Assembly: GCA_934141605.1 (NCBI GenBank)
Contig: CAKPCL010000004.1
Coordinates: forward strand, 14,610 to 78,609
Source: an uncultured Clostridia bacterium
Lineage (GTDB): Bacteria > Bacillota > Clostridia > TANB77 > CAG-508
Direction: 5' to 3'
Length of the DNA stretch: 64,000 bases
In this document: positions 9,743-18,940 of the stretch, in pieces
Numbering within the stretch: the stretch's first letter is position 1
Layout: each line of letters starts with the position of its first letter
The notes under the pieces: model-generated
Database searches by the model: none
Told to the model about the DNA's origin: nothing
Seen by the model: only the letters and a program-made list of their open reading frames with translations
Program-made: the position numbers and the translations under genes

Positions 9743-10579
9743 TTACAACCTACTTCTAAAATATTTTAAAAATTCATCTTTTGATAAAATCGGTAAAAAA
9801 ATCATAATCATTTCTGCCGATTTTATTTCAACATCTTCTATTGTCCCAAATGAATTTGTAATAATACGTTCATAATCTTCTTTTAAATATACATCATCAT
9901 TAACTATAAATGATATACTTTTTATTGTAACTTCATCCATACTTTTCTCTTCTAAAGTTTCTACAATATTTACCTTCTTAGCATCATCTTTTGCAATAAT
10001 AACATTATCATGTGTCTTTATATAACTAAATTCCAGCACATTAGCATGCTCTGTAAGGCTTTCTTTTGCTCTACTAATTGCATCTCTTAAACTACTATAA
10101 AATTTAGCTTCTCCATAATAAAAAATTTCATTTTCATAATCATAGTAAATATTATCATTCATATATGATGGCATTTTAGGTGATGTTTTTAAAGAAATTT
10201 TTGAAATCAACGTATCTATATTAGTTACTCTATCTATAAAAATGCTCATTAAATATTCTGCAAGATCTCCTTGAAAAGTTGAATTTTTTATATTTAATTC
10301 TTCTTTATCCCATCCAATAAATCTAAAAACATCTTCAATACGACTATCTATTATTCCTTTATCAATTAATTTCTTAACATATAATCTAGTATCTTTTAAT
10401 GTTTTCGTGCTTTCTTTTTGTGTAGCATAATAAAATAGATTTTCATTATTTAATAAAAGATCACAAATAGCTTCATATAATATTGTTTTATTTCCCATTA
10501 ATTCATCCCATGTATATGATTTTAATCTTATCTTTTTAATGTTCTCATTTTCAAACATATTTATATCTATAAATTTCAT
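9743..10579 (-). CDS. DUF1837/HamA-like protein (putative PD-(D/E)xK-type effector of a Hachiman-like system)
   Basis: 278 aa with FQGDLAEYLM ... LISKISLKTSP ... FYYGEAKFYSS. This D...ExK-like arrangement is as I remember for HamA. Placed immediately upstream of the helicase. Confidence 0.5.
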   Translation of the reverse strand: MKFIDINMFENENIKKIRLKSYTWDELMGNKTILYEAICDLLLNNENLFYYATQKESTKTLKDTRLYVKKLIDKGIIDSRIEDVFRFIGWDKEELNIKNSTFQGDLAEYLMSIFIDRVTNIDTLISKISLKTSPKMPSYMNDNIYYDYENEIFYYGEAKFYSSLRDAISRAKESLTEHANVLEFSYIKTHDNVIIAKDDAKKVNIVETLEEKSMDEVTIKSISFIVNDDVYLKEDYERIITNSFGTIEDVEIKSAEMIMIFLPILSKDEFLKYFRSRL

Positions 10580-10872
10580 ACTACACCCCTTTACACTTTG
10601 AAACTTATTATATCAAATTTTCCCATTATTCTCAATACTTTGACAAAACCTTACATTATATTACAAAATTCGACATATTAAATTTATATTACATTTTATC
10701 TAGTTTTTTATTGTTCTATATTAGTTATTTTATGAATCTTATTGTAATCTTTGTAACACTTGAAAAATAAGCAAAACTCACTAGTAATCATTAATATTTT
10801 GATATATAATAATCTCAATTAAATATGAAACTCTCACCCATGGTTATGCCTGAGAGGAGGTGAAAAAAGGCA

Positions 10873-12063
10873 ATGGCTGGGAGTATTGAAAAAAGAGGTG
10901 AAAATACTTATAGGTTAGTAGTATCTACTGGTAAAAATCTTGATGGATCTAGAGCTAGAAGAACAAAAACTATCCATGGAACTCGTAAAGATGCTGAAAT
11001 TGCACTTGCAGAGTTTGTTACAGAAGCTAATCGTGGATTAGTACCTGAAGGAAAACCAGTAACTTTTGAAGAATTCTATCATATTTGGCAAGTAAACTAT
11101 GGTACAAAGGATTTAGCGCCATCTACTTACAACAGATATGTTGGAATGTTAGAAAGCAGAATTCTTCCATATTTAGGCTCTTTTACTTTAGAAAAAATTA
11201 AACCTACAGATCTTATGAAACTTTATGATATGCTAGAACAAGATACACAAATTAAAAGACTTGCTAAAAATAATGGTGAGCGTACTTTGAAACCATTATC
11301 CAAAAAGACTATTCTAGAACATCATAGACTAATAAGTGCAATGCTACACAAGGCTGTATATTGGCAACTAATACCTTATAATCCTGCAGATAGAGTTCAA
11401 CCACCAAGAGCACCAAAAGCACAACGTAAATTCTACGATGATGAACAATGCAGAGTTCTTCTAAAAGGATTAAATGAACTTAAAGATAGCGAAATAAAAT
11501 ATAAGGTTGCTATTATTCTTACAGTATTTACTGGAGTAAGGTTAGGAGAATTAATGGGACTAGACTGGGAAAATATTGATTTCAAAAACAAAGAAATATC
11601 CGTAAATAAATCAAGTCAATATTTAGCAAGTACAGGAGTTTATACCAAGACACCTAAAACACCTAGTTCTTATAGACACATTTCTATACCTGATTCTGTC
11701 ATTGAAATACTTGAAGAATATAAATTATGGTATGATAGTAAAAAAGAGCTTTGTGGCGAATTCTGGGAAGAATCTAATAGGTTATTTATACAAGATAATG
11801 GTAAACCTATGCATCCCGATACAGTAAGTAAATGGTTTGTTAAATTTGTTCAAAAGATAGGACTACCTTATTTGAATTTTCATGGTATTAGGCATACAAA
11901 CGCTACTCTACTTATTTCTCAAAATGTTGATGTAGCAGTTGTAGCTGCAAGATTAGGACATGCACAAATTAGTACGACATTTAATTTCTATGTGCATCCA
12001 CTTGCTTCTCACAATAGAAGTGCAGGTATAGTCTTGCAAAATTTATTAGTCGATAAAAACTAA
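10873..12063 (+). CDS. int: Tyrosine site-specific integrase
   Basis: GAGAGGAGGTG RBS. N-terminal SAM-like domain and C-terminal catalytic residues (TGVRLGEL, HGIRHTNATLL, LGHAQISTTFNFYVH). Confidence 0.9.
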   Translation: MAGSIEKRGENTYRLVVSTGKNLDGSRARRTKTIHGTRKDAEIALAEFVTEANRGLVPEGKPVTFEEFYHIWQVNYGTKDLAPSTYNRYVGMLESRILPYLGSFTLEKIKPTDLMKLYDMLEQDTQIKRLAKNNGERTLKPLSKKTILEHHRLISAMLHKAVYWQLIPYNPADRVQPPRAPKAQRKFYDDEQCRVLLKGLNELKDSEIKYKVAIILTVFTGVRLGELMGLDWENIDFKNKEISVNKSSQYLASTGVYTKTPKTPSSYRHISIPDSVIEILEEYKLWYDSKKELCGEFWEESNRLFIQDNGKPMHPDTVSKWFVKFVQKIGLPYLNFHGIRHTNATLLISQNVDVAVVAARLGHAQISTTFNFYVHPLASHNRSAGIVLQNLLVDKN

Positions 12064-12258
12064 TATACTTATCAGCTAAAACTCTTAATTTCAATAAATT
12101 CAAAAATTGCTTTTTTTAAGATTGTAAATGAGGATTTATGCTATTTTATGAGCTTTATAAAAGCTTGTGTCCCCAAGCTGTCCCCATTTTAGTCAAAATT
12201 ATATTAAGGTCAAAAAAAATAAGAGTCTGCAATCTCTTGCGACTCTAATAAATTTCTT

Positions 12259-12304
12259 TGGTTGCGGGGGATATACTCGAACTTACGACCTTCGGGTTAT
12301 GAGC
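12259..12304 (-). other. Degenerate 3'-half copy of tRNA-fMet (att-site remnant at the right end of the element)
   Basis: Reverse complement GCTCATAACCCGAAGGTCGTAAGTTCGAGTATATCCCCCGCAACCA matches 13769-13814 at 43/46 positions. The mismatches break the T-stem and there is no 5' half. Confidence 0.8.
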
Positions 12305-12315
12305 ACATATAAACA

Positions 12316-12705
12316 TTAACGCACTCTTTTCATATACTCCTCAACCAATGTAATCCTTGCCTTATCCTTTTCCCTATCACTACTTTTTAAAAAATCATAA
12401 TACATTTCAATACTCTGAAGATTATATTGACCAAACCTTTCAATTTTCCACTCTTCCTTAGTCTCTAAAACACACTCAATCTTATCATTTACAATATACC
12501 AATCATTTGTCTTCTTCTTTAAATTATAATTTTTCTTCAATTCCTCAAGCCCCTTTTCAGTAACCGCAATATCTAAATCCCCTGCATCTGGATATATCCC
12601 TCTCATAACTAATGCTCCGCTTGATAAAATCCAATATTCATTTTTATCTAATTTCAAACTTTCTATTAACTTTATTAATTCCTCTTTATTCATTCTCTTA
12701 TCCAT
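12316..12705 (-). CDS. Nucleotidyltransferase-fold protein (hypothetical)
   Basis: 129 aa; SSGALVMRG...GDLDIAV resembles the GS...DxD signature of minimal nucleotidyltransferases. Confidence 0.45.
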   Translation of the reverse strand: MDKRMNKEELIKLIESLKLDKNEYWILSSGALVMRGIYPDAGDLDIAVTEKGLEELKKNYNLKKKTNDWYIVNDKIECVLETKEEWKIERFGQYNLQSIEMYYDFLKSSDREKDKARITLVEEYMKRVR

Positions 12706-12724
12706 AATTAATCTTCACCACCTT

Positions 12725-13303
12725 TCACAATTTTTTTGCTATCACATTAAATATATGCCAATGCTTCATGTTACCTAATCCAGTAAAATCATCTTTTTCA
12801 ACTTCTTTAAATTCTATAATCTTAAAACCTTTAAATAATTCTATCACTTGCAATTTGGTCAAAAAAGTCATCTCAACTTTTGTTTTTTTCCACTCATCAT
12901 TAACTCCAAAAAAATTACCCACAAAATATCCTTCCTTTAGCATACTATCATTTATCTTATCCCATAATTTCTTAAAATTGTTTTTATTGCAAAATGAAAG
13001 ACTAAAATTAGCAACAATTAAGTTATTCTTTTCTAATTCAATATATTCAAATTTTTGCCTCGAAAATTTAAACTGTTTTAATTCTTTTTCAGATAATTTT
13101 GATGTAATTAATGATTCAACATTTTCTATATCAATTGCTAGTACATTCCAGCCTTTTTTTATTAAACATACTGTATCTCTTCCTGCCCCACACCCAATAT
13201 CAACCGCATTACCAGGTTCTACATTTAATTCAATAAATTTTCTAACAGTGTAATTGGCTTTTGCATTTTTTGTATTATCATAATATTTTTCTATATTTTT
13301 CAT
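12725..13303 (-). CDS. Class I SAM-dependent methyltransferase
   Basis: AVDIGCGAGRDTVCL (motif I) followed by VLAIDIE. Ends in TGA. Confidence 0.75.
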   Translation of the reverse strand: MKNIEKYYDNTKNAKANYTVRKFIELNVEPGNAVDIGCGAGRDTVCLIKKGWNVLAIDIENVESLITSKLSEKELKQFKFSRQKFEYIELEKNNLIVANFSLSFCNKNNFKKLWDKINDSMLKEGYFVGNFFGVNDEWKKTKVEMTFLTKLQVIELFKGFKIIEFKEVEKDDFTGLGNMKHWHIFNVIAKKL

Positions 13304-13617
13304 ATTTCTCGTTCCTTAAGTATTTTTTTAAATAATTCCCTAGTATTATTATATGTAATTGTTTTAATTGCCTCATCAAAATCTAACCATTTTATATCAT
13401 TTACTTCACATTCCTGTGCTTTTATATTTCCACCTACACATTTGGCAATAAATAAAATCACTTGTTTTAATTAACAGATTTCTGATTTAATATATTTCCA
13501 AACTCATCAAAGTTTTTGATTTTAAATGTTATTAGTTTTTTCTTCTACTATCTTATAAAATTCATTTAACTCACATTTGATTTTTACTGTTATTTCATTA
13601 CTTTCTTTTAAACTCAT
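13300..13617 (-). pseudogene. Degraded gene remnants (start-less NUDIX-like C-terminus plus a 31-codon N-terminal stub)
   Basis: Frame ending in TGA at 13300 (ATGA overlap with the next gene) reads ...LFIAKCVGGNIKAQECEVNDIKWLDFDEAIKTITYNNTRELFKKILKEREI but is closed by TAA at 13471-13473. A separate GGGAGAA-RBS ATG at 13617 gives MSLKESNEITVKIKCELNEFYKIVEEKTNNI then a stop. Confidence 0.35.
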
Positions 13618-13692
13618 TTAATTTTCTCCCTTATTATTTTATTTGTGTTTGTAATATTTTTTTGGAATTTTTTGGTAATTTTCAAAAAACAC

Positions 13693-13722
13693 TTGACAAA
13701 ACAAACTCCAAAGTTGTATAAT
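13693..13722 (+). promoter_or_regulatory. Sigma-A type promoter of tRNA-fMet
   Basis: TTGACA (13693-13698), 18-nt spacer, TATAAT (13717-13722), 16 nt upstream of the tRNA. Confidence 0.6.
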
Positions 13723-13738
13723 AAATAAGTCAATACAT

Positions 13739-13814
<76 letters not shown>

Positions 13815-13830
13815 AAACAACATTATCCGA

Positions 13831-13857
13831 ACATCTACAAAATGTAGATGTTTTTTT
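13831..13857 (+). terminator. Rho-independent terminator after tRNA-fMet
   Basis: ACATCTACA-aaa-TGTAGATGT followed by T7. Confidence 0.75.
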
Positions 13858-13894
13858 ATATTATAAAATCAATATCAAAAACTCATTTTAAAAT

Positions 13895-13944
13895 ATAAAA
13901 AGGGATTTAATGTGGTGGCTCTAAAATTCCGTCACAAAATCCCT
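13895..13944 (-). terminator. Probable terminator of the acyl-CoA ligase gene
   Basis: AGGGATTT...AAATCCCT stem with an internal partial stem. On the minus strand it is followed by a T-run. Confidence 0.45.
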
Positions 13945-13951
13945 ATTTTAC

Positions 13952-15811
13952 TTATTTATTATTTAATTCCTTATATCTTTTAATTTTCATAGTAGATGTT
14001 TTTTCAAACTCGCCTTCTTTAATTTCCAAAGACTTAATAGATTTATAAGAAGTCAACTTTTTATTTACTTCCTTAACATTTTTCCAAATCACATCATAAA
14101 TTTCTTTGTCAGAAAGTTTACCATACAACTCCTCTATTTTTTCATAATCAGGAATAACTCTAGCTGTTATAATCAATTCTTTTTCTTCCTTCTTACTGTC
14201 AGCCTCTGGCTTTTTACCATAAACCATAGATTCTTTTATTTCATCTACTTTGTCTAAAAGCATTTCTATTTCCTCTGGATAAATATTTTTTCCATTTTGA
14301 GTAACGATAACATTTTTGCTTCTACCAGTTATAAATATATAACCGTCTTCATCAATATAACCAATATCACCTGAATGGAAATATCCATCTTCGTCAATTA
14401 CTTTTTTAGTTTCTTCTTCATCTTCATAATAACCCATCATCAAAGTTGGTGTTTTAATTAATAATTCACCTTCACCATTTTCATTTGGATCTTTTACTTT
14501 AACATCTGCTTGAACAATTGCTTTTCCTGCTGAGCCTACACAAGGTTTATATTCTGGTGTTAATGCTGATATTGGAGCTGTTTCTGTTAATCCATATCCT
14601 TGTAAAAATGAAATTCCTATATCTTCTAACCAATTTCCTACTTTTCTATCAATTGGTGCAGCTGCAGAAACTATTATCCTCAAATTTCCACCTAAGTTGT
14701 CATATATCTCTCTAAATACTTTTTTCTTTATATCTATTCCTGCTCCTTTTAGAGCATTAGTAACAGATATCATTGTATTTACCATCTTGTCTTTTTTACT
14801 TTTTACTATTTTTTCATTTATTTTTTTGTATAAGCTTTCTACTAAAAGTGGAACAGTCAAGATTGCTGTTGGCTTTGCTTCTTGTAAATTAGGAACTATA
14901 TATCTTAATCCTTCACATATTGCTACTGATGCTCCAGTTGCCATAGGAAGTAAAAATCCTATAGTTGATTCATAACAATGATGTAATGGTAAAACTGAAA
15001 ATAGCATGTCTATTGGATACAATTTTACATATGCTGATACAGCATTGATATTTTCAGCTAAATTCCTGTTGTTTAACATTACCCCTTTTGCATTTGAAGT
15101 AGTTCCTGATGTAAAGAATAATATTTTAAATTCTTCTGGGTCTATTTCTATATTTGCAAAACTATTATCTCCTGATTTTATTATAGCTTTTCCTAAATCT
15201 ATTAAATATTGTAATCCTACATCTTTTCCTTCTAATTTTTCATCAGATTTCATTTTAATAAAATATTCTACTTCTGGAACTTTTTCTTTAATTTTTTCAA
15301 TATCTTCCTCTTTTTTTGGTGAATATATTATTGCAGATGCTTTTGATCTTCTTACTATGTTTTCTAATTCGTTTGTTGGTAACTCTCTATCAGTTGGAAC
15401 TGCAATACCTACTCCACATAGCATTGCCATATATGATACATACCAACCATATTGTGTTTCTCCAATTATTATTACCTTTTTGTTTTTTAGATTTAAAACA
15501 TTAGTTAATGCTGTTCCTAGTCCAAATACATCTTCTTTAAATTCTTTATATGTAGTTATTTTGTATGGTGTTTTATGATCTGGCTTTTCTAGTATACAAT
15601 CTTCATTTGGATATTTTTCTGCTGATTGTAAGAAAAATTCTTTTACTGTTTTATAGTGTGTCATATCTTCATAAGGTGTTTCTCTTTTTTTCTTTAAATT
15701 TTTCTTTTCTAATTTTTCATAATCAATTTCATTTAGTTCTTCCATTACATCCATTTTCATTTTTTTGAATTTCATTTTTGGAACTTTTATATCTCTTAAT
15801 CCCATTTTCAT
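13952..15811 (-). CDS. Long-chain fatty acid--CoA ligase (AMP-binding enzyme)
   Basis: AMP-binding motif FFTSGTTSNAKGVML, plus LQGYGLTET, GDIGYIDEDGY and KIKR at the C-terminus. The true start may be an internal Met. Confidence 0.8.
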   Translation of the reverse strand: MKMGLRDIKVPKMKFKKMKMDVMEELNEIDYEKLEKKNLKKKRETPYEDMTHYKTVKEFFLQSAEKYPNEDCILEKPDHKTPYKITTYKEFKEDVFGLGTALTNVLNLKNKKVIIIGETQYGWYVSYMAMLCGVGIAVPTDRELPTNELENIVRRSKASAIIYSPKKEEDIEKIKEKVPEVEYFIKMKSDEKLEGKDVGLQYLIDLGKAIIKSGDNSFANIEIDPEEFKILFFTSGTTSNAKGVMLNNRNLAENINAVSAYVKLYPIDMLFSVLPLHHCYESTIGFLLPMATGASVAICEGLRYIVPNLQEAKPTAILTVPLLVESLYKKINEKIVKSKKDKMVNTMISVTNALKGAGIDIKKKVFREIYDNLGGNLRIIVSAAAPIDRKVGNWLEDIGISFLQGYGLTETAPISALTPEYKPCVGSAGKAIVQADVKVKDPNENGEGELLIKTPTLMMGYYEDEEETKKVIDEDGYFHSGDIGYIDEDGYIFITGRSKNVIVTQNGKNIYPEEIEMLLDKVDEIKESMVYGKKPEADSKKEEKELIITARVIPDYEKIEELYGKLSDKEIYDVIWKNVKEVNKKLTSYKSIKSLEIKEGEFEKTSTMKIKRYKELNNK

Positions 15812-15918
15812 TACCTCTTTTATTTTATTTTTATATTGATATTATACAAAAAACTCTTAATTTTTTCAAGACTATTTAAAATTTTGTAACAGCTAGTCAG
15901 TTTTATATCAACATCTAT

Positions 15919-16899
15919 TCATGCATATAAAACAATCCCTACTATATAAGCTATATATGTCAATACAAATGTAATCCCATTAGCTCTAGACATCTGATTT
16001 TTCTTACCAACAAAAGGAAACATTCCTAAAACAATTGACCCAATAATTAAAAGGATTATATTACTATCATAAGATTTTGAATAATTAATCGGTGCCAACA
16101 CAGCAGAAGTCCCTATTATTAACAATATATTAAATATTTGAGAACCCAATATATTACCTATTGCCATATCCGTTTCTCCCTTTTTAGTAGCAGCTATAGA
16201 TGTTATTAATTCTGGCAAACTTGTACTAAATGCAACTATTGTTAAACTTATTAATTTTTCACTTATCCCTAATCCTTTTGCTATTTCCACACTATTATTT
16301 ACTACTAAATCTCCACCTAATTTTAATCCTATTATTCCCATTATAATTCCAAATAAGGATTCCCATACTGGTACTTCTTTTTTTCCTTCTGTTCTTATCT
16401 CTAGTATTTTTTCTGCATTTTCAAATTCTCCACCTTTTTTTGCCATTATTAGATTATAAATTATAAATAAAACACAAAATGCTAATAATATTATTCCTTC
16501 TTTTCTGGTTATAATATTAATTTCTTCACCATTTCCATTTATACACAAAATAAATAAAAGTACTGTTGCAAATATTGTGTACGGTATTTCGAATAATCTT
16601 GTTTCTTTTTTGAAAACCAAGGGTTTGATTATAGAACATGCGCCTAATATAAAAAACATATTTGCTATATTACTTCCTACAACATTTCCTATTGCTAAGT
16701 CTGAATGTCCTTCTATTGCTGATGTTACACTTACTACTAATTCTGGCATTGAAGTACCTATTGCTACAATTGTCAATCCTATTACTATCTCTGGAATATG
16801 AAATTTCTTTGCAATTTCACTTGCACCATCTACTAAAAAATCTGCACCTTTTATTAATAAAACAAATCCTATTATTATAATTATAATGTTTAAAAGCAT
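15919..16899 (-). CDS. Ca2+/Na+ antiporter (YrbG/CaCA family)
   Basis: Duplicated alpha-repeats GTSMPELVVS and STSLPELITS with GNVVGSNI / GNILGSQI; polytopic membrane protein. Ends in TGA. Confidence 0.8.
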   Translation of the reverse strand: MLLNIIIIIIGFVLLIKGADFLVDGASEIAKKFHIPEIVIGLTIVAIGTSMPELVVSVTSAIEGHSDLAIGNVVGSNIANMFFILGACSIIKPLVFKKETRLFEIPYTIFATVLLFILCINGNGEEINIITRKEGIILLAFCVLFIIYNLIMAKKGGEFENAEKILEIRTEGKKEVPVWESLFGIIMGIIGLKLGGDLVVNNSVEIAKGLGISEKLISLTIVAFSTSLPELITSIAATKKGETDMAIGNILGSQIFNILLIIGTSAVLAPINYSKSYDSNIILLIIGSIVLGMFPFVGKKNQMSRANGITFVLTYIAYIVGIVLYA

Positions 16900-16932
16900 A
16901 TCTTTTTCCTCTTTCTTTTTAAATTTGAATTT

Positions 16933-17676
16933 TTATAGTTTAGTAGCAAAAAAGCCTATTATAAAACCTATCATATTGCCAATAGCTGACATTCTTCCTT
17001 TATATAATTTATTTGATTCTGGTATTAATTCACCAGAGACAATATATAGCATTGCACCTGCCGCAAAGCTTAGGCAAATAGCAATTATCGCTTCTGATAT
17101 TGAGCCTATAATTGCTCCAAAAAATGCACCTATTCCTGTTGTTATCCCTGATAAAATTACATAAAAAATAACTTTTGATTTTTTCATTCCACCATTTTTC
17201 ATAGGTACTGCCATTGATATTCCTTCTGGTATATCATGTAAACAAATAGCTATTGCTAATCCAAATCCTAATCTTAAAGATGCTTCAAAGCCAGACCCTA
17301 TTGCCAAGCCTTCGGGAAAATTATGTATTGCTAATCCAATTGATACAATTATTCCTGTTTTTAACAAATCATTAGTACTTGCATATTTTTGCTGTTTTTT
17401 ATTAAATTTTTTTTGAACTATTACATCACAAAATATCATTGATATTATCCCTATTAATACTCCAAATACAACTCCATATATACTGCTAATTCCCAATGCC
17501 TCTGGTATTAAATCAAAACATATTACCGCCATCATTAATCCTGATGCGAAAGATAATATAAAACTTAAAAATTTATTTGAATTTTTTTTGATAACTATTC
17601 CTAATATTCCTCCTAATGTAGTTCCAAATGTACCAAAAAATAATCCTAATAATGTTGTTTTTAAAATTTCATTCAT
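16933..17676 (-). CDS. ZIP-family divalent metal transporter (ZupT-like)
   Basis: HNFPEGLAIG and HDIPEGISMA motifs with multiple TM helices. Confidence 0.8.
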   Translation of the reverse strand: MNEILKTTLLGLFFGTFGTTLGGILGIVIKKNSNKFLSFILSFASGLMMAVICFDLIPEALGISSIYGVVFGVLIGIISMIFCDVIVQKKFNKKQQKYASTNDLLKTGIIVSIGLAIHNFPEGLAIGSGFEASLRLGFGLAIAICLHDIPEGISMAVPMKNGGMKKSKVIFYVILSGITTGIGAFFGAIIGSISEAIIAICLSFAAGAMLYIVSGELIPESNKLYKGRMSAIGNMIGFIIGFFATKL

Positions 17677-17743
17677 TATAAAACTCCTTAAAATTTACTT
17701 TATTCAAGTATATTTTAAAGAGTTTATTTTTATACATATATAA

Positions 17744-18805
17744 TTATTCTTCATCACCTTTTAGTCTTTCTGCTCTATCTGCTGCAATTAAATTATCAAC
17801 CATTTCATCAATGTTACCATTTAAGAAATTTTCCATTTGATAAATGCTCATACCAATTCTATGGTCTGTAATTCTTCCTTGGGGATAATTATAAGTTCTT
17901 ATTTTCTCACTTCTATCTCCAGATCCAACTTGAGATTTTCTTGCATTTGCAACTTCACTGTCTTGTTTTTGTTTTTCTATTTCATATAGTTTTGTTCTAA
18001 GCATTCTCATTGCATTGTCTCTGTTTTGGAATTGTGATCTTTCTGTTTGACATTCAACTACAATTCCTGTTGGCTCATGTATAAGTCTTACAGCTGATGA
18101 TGTTTTATTAATATGTTGTCCACCAGCTCCTGAAGAACGAAATACTTCCATTTTTATATCTGCTGGGTTAATTTCTATTTCTACATCTTCTACGACTGGA
18201 AGTACTGCAACCGTAGCTGTTGATGTATGAATTCTTCCACTACTTTCTGTGTCTGGAACTCTTTGTACTCTATGTACACCACTTTCAAATTTTAATCTGC
18301 TATATACTCCTTTTCCTGTAACCATAAAAGTTATTTCTTTATATCCACCTAAGCCTGTTTCATTTTCGTTTAAAACTTCTACTTTCCAGTGTTTAGTTTC
18401 GGCATACATTGTGTACATTCTAAATAATGTACCAGCAAATAGTGCTGCTTCTTCTCCTCCTGCTCCTGCTCTAATTTCACATATAATGTTTTTGTCATCA
18501 TCTGGGTCTTTTGGAATTAGCAAAAATTTTAATTCTTCTTCCAATTTTGGTAATTTTTCTTTATTATCATAATATTCCATTTCTGCCAATTCTTTAAGTT
18601 CTTTGTCTTCCATCATTTCTTTGGCATCTTCCATTGCTTGTTTTGCTTTTTTATATTCTCTAAATTTTAATACTACATCTTCAATGCTTGCATGTTCTTT
18701 CATCAATTTTTGCCACTCTGATTGATTAGATATTACTTCTGGGTCACTAATCATTTTTGTTAATTCTTCATATCTTTTTTCTACTGCTTCTAATTTCTCA
18801 AACAT
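17744..18805 (-). CDS. prfA: Peptide chain release factor 1
   Basis: [17 protein letters not shown] (PxT tripeptide region) and [11 protein letters not shown] (GGQ motif). Confidence 0.95.
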   Translation of the reverse strand: MFEKLEAVEKRYEELTKMISDPEVISNQSEWQKLMKEHASIEDVVLKFREYKKAKQAMEDAKEMMEDKELKELAEMEYYDNKEKLPKLEEELKFLLIPKDPDDDKNIICEIRAGAGGEEAALFAGTLFRMYTMYAETKHWKVEVLNENETGLGGYKEITFMVTGKGVYSRLKFESGVHRVQRVPDTESSGRIHTSTATVAVLPVVEDVEIEINPADIKMEVFRSSGAGGQHINKTSSAVRLIHEPTGIVVECQTERSQFQNRDNAMRMLRTKLYEIEKQKQDSEVANARKSQVGSGDRSEKIRTYNYPQGRITDHRIGMSIYQMENFLNGNIDEMVDNLIAADRAERLKGDEE

Positions 18806-18940
18806 AAAAATTCTCCTTTAATATAAATTACCTTGCTATTATACTACAAATTTATTATATTTACAAGTACAAAAGGTTTTTTATTATTTTTTCAAATATT
18901 AATATATCAACTCTTATAGCAATTAGTTTTAATTTTTAAA

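Larger units (their letters stand above)
1..12304. mobile_element. Integrative mobilizable element (right-hand portion; left end outside window) with defence cargo
   Basis: Contiguous module of tyrosine integrase (10873-12063), Xis-like HTH (6360-6557), replisome organizer plus DnaC-like loader and MOB relaxase, with a methyltransferase operon and a DUF1837/helicase pair. Bounded on the right by a 46-nt degenerate copy of the 3' half of tRNA-fMet (12259-12304), the usual att signature of tRNA-targeting integrases. Confidence 0.6.

Noticed and set aside
12259-12304. A second functional tRNA-Met gene next to the integrase.
   Set aside because: Only the 3' 46 nt are present. There is no acceptor 5' strand, D-arm or anticodon 5' stem, and three substitutions destroy the T-stem.
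12768-13253. Many long ORFs in the track lie antisense to confidently assigned genes. Examples are 1940-2176, 8503-8953, 12768-13253, 14518-15578, 16577-17164, 18249-18572, 23001-23459, 25183-25515, 39276-40087, 46743-47030, 47071-47427, 47424-47771 and 51097-54288 (minus).
   Set aside because: They are shadow ORFs of an AT-rich coding strand: Leu/Phe/Ile/Ser-rich, with no RBS and no motifs. In every case the opposite strand encodes a protein with clear family signatures.
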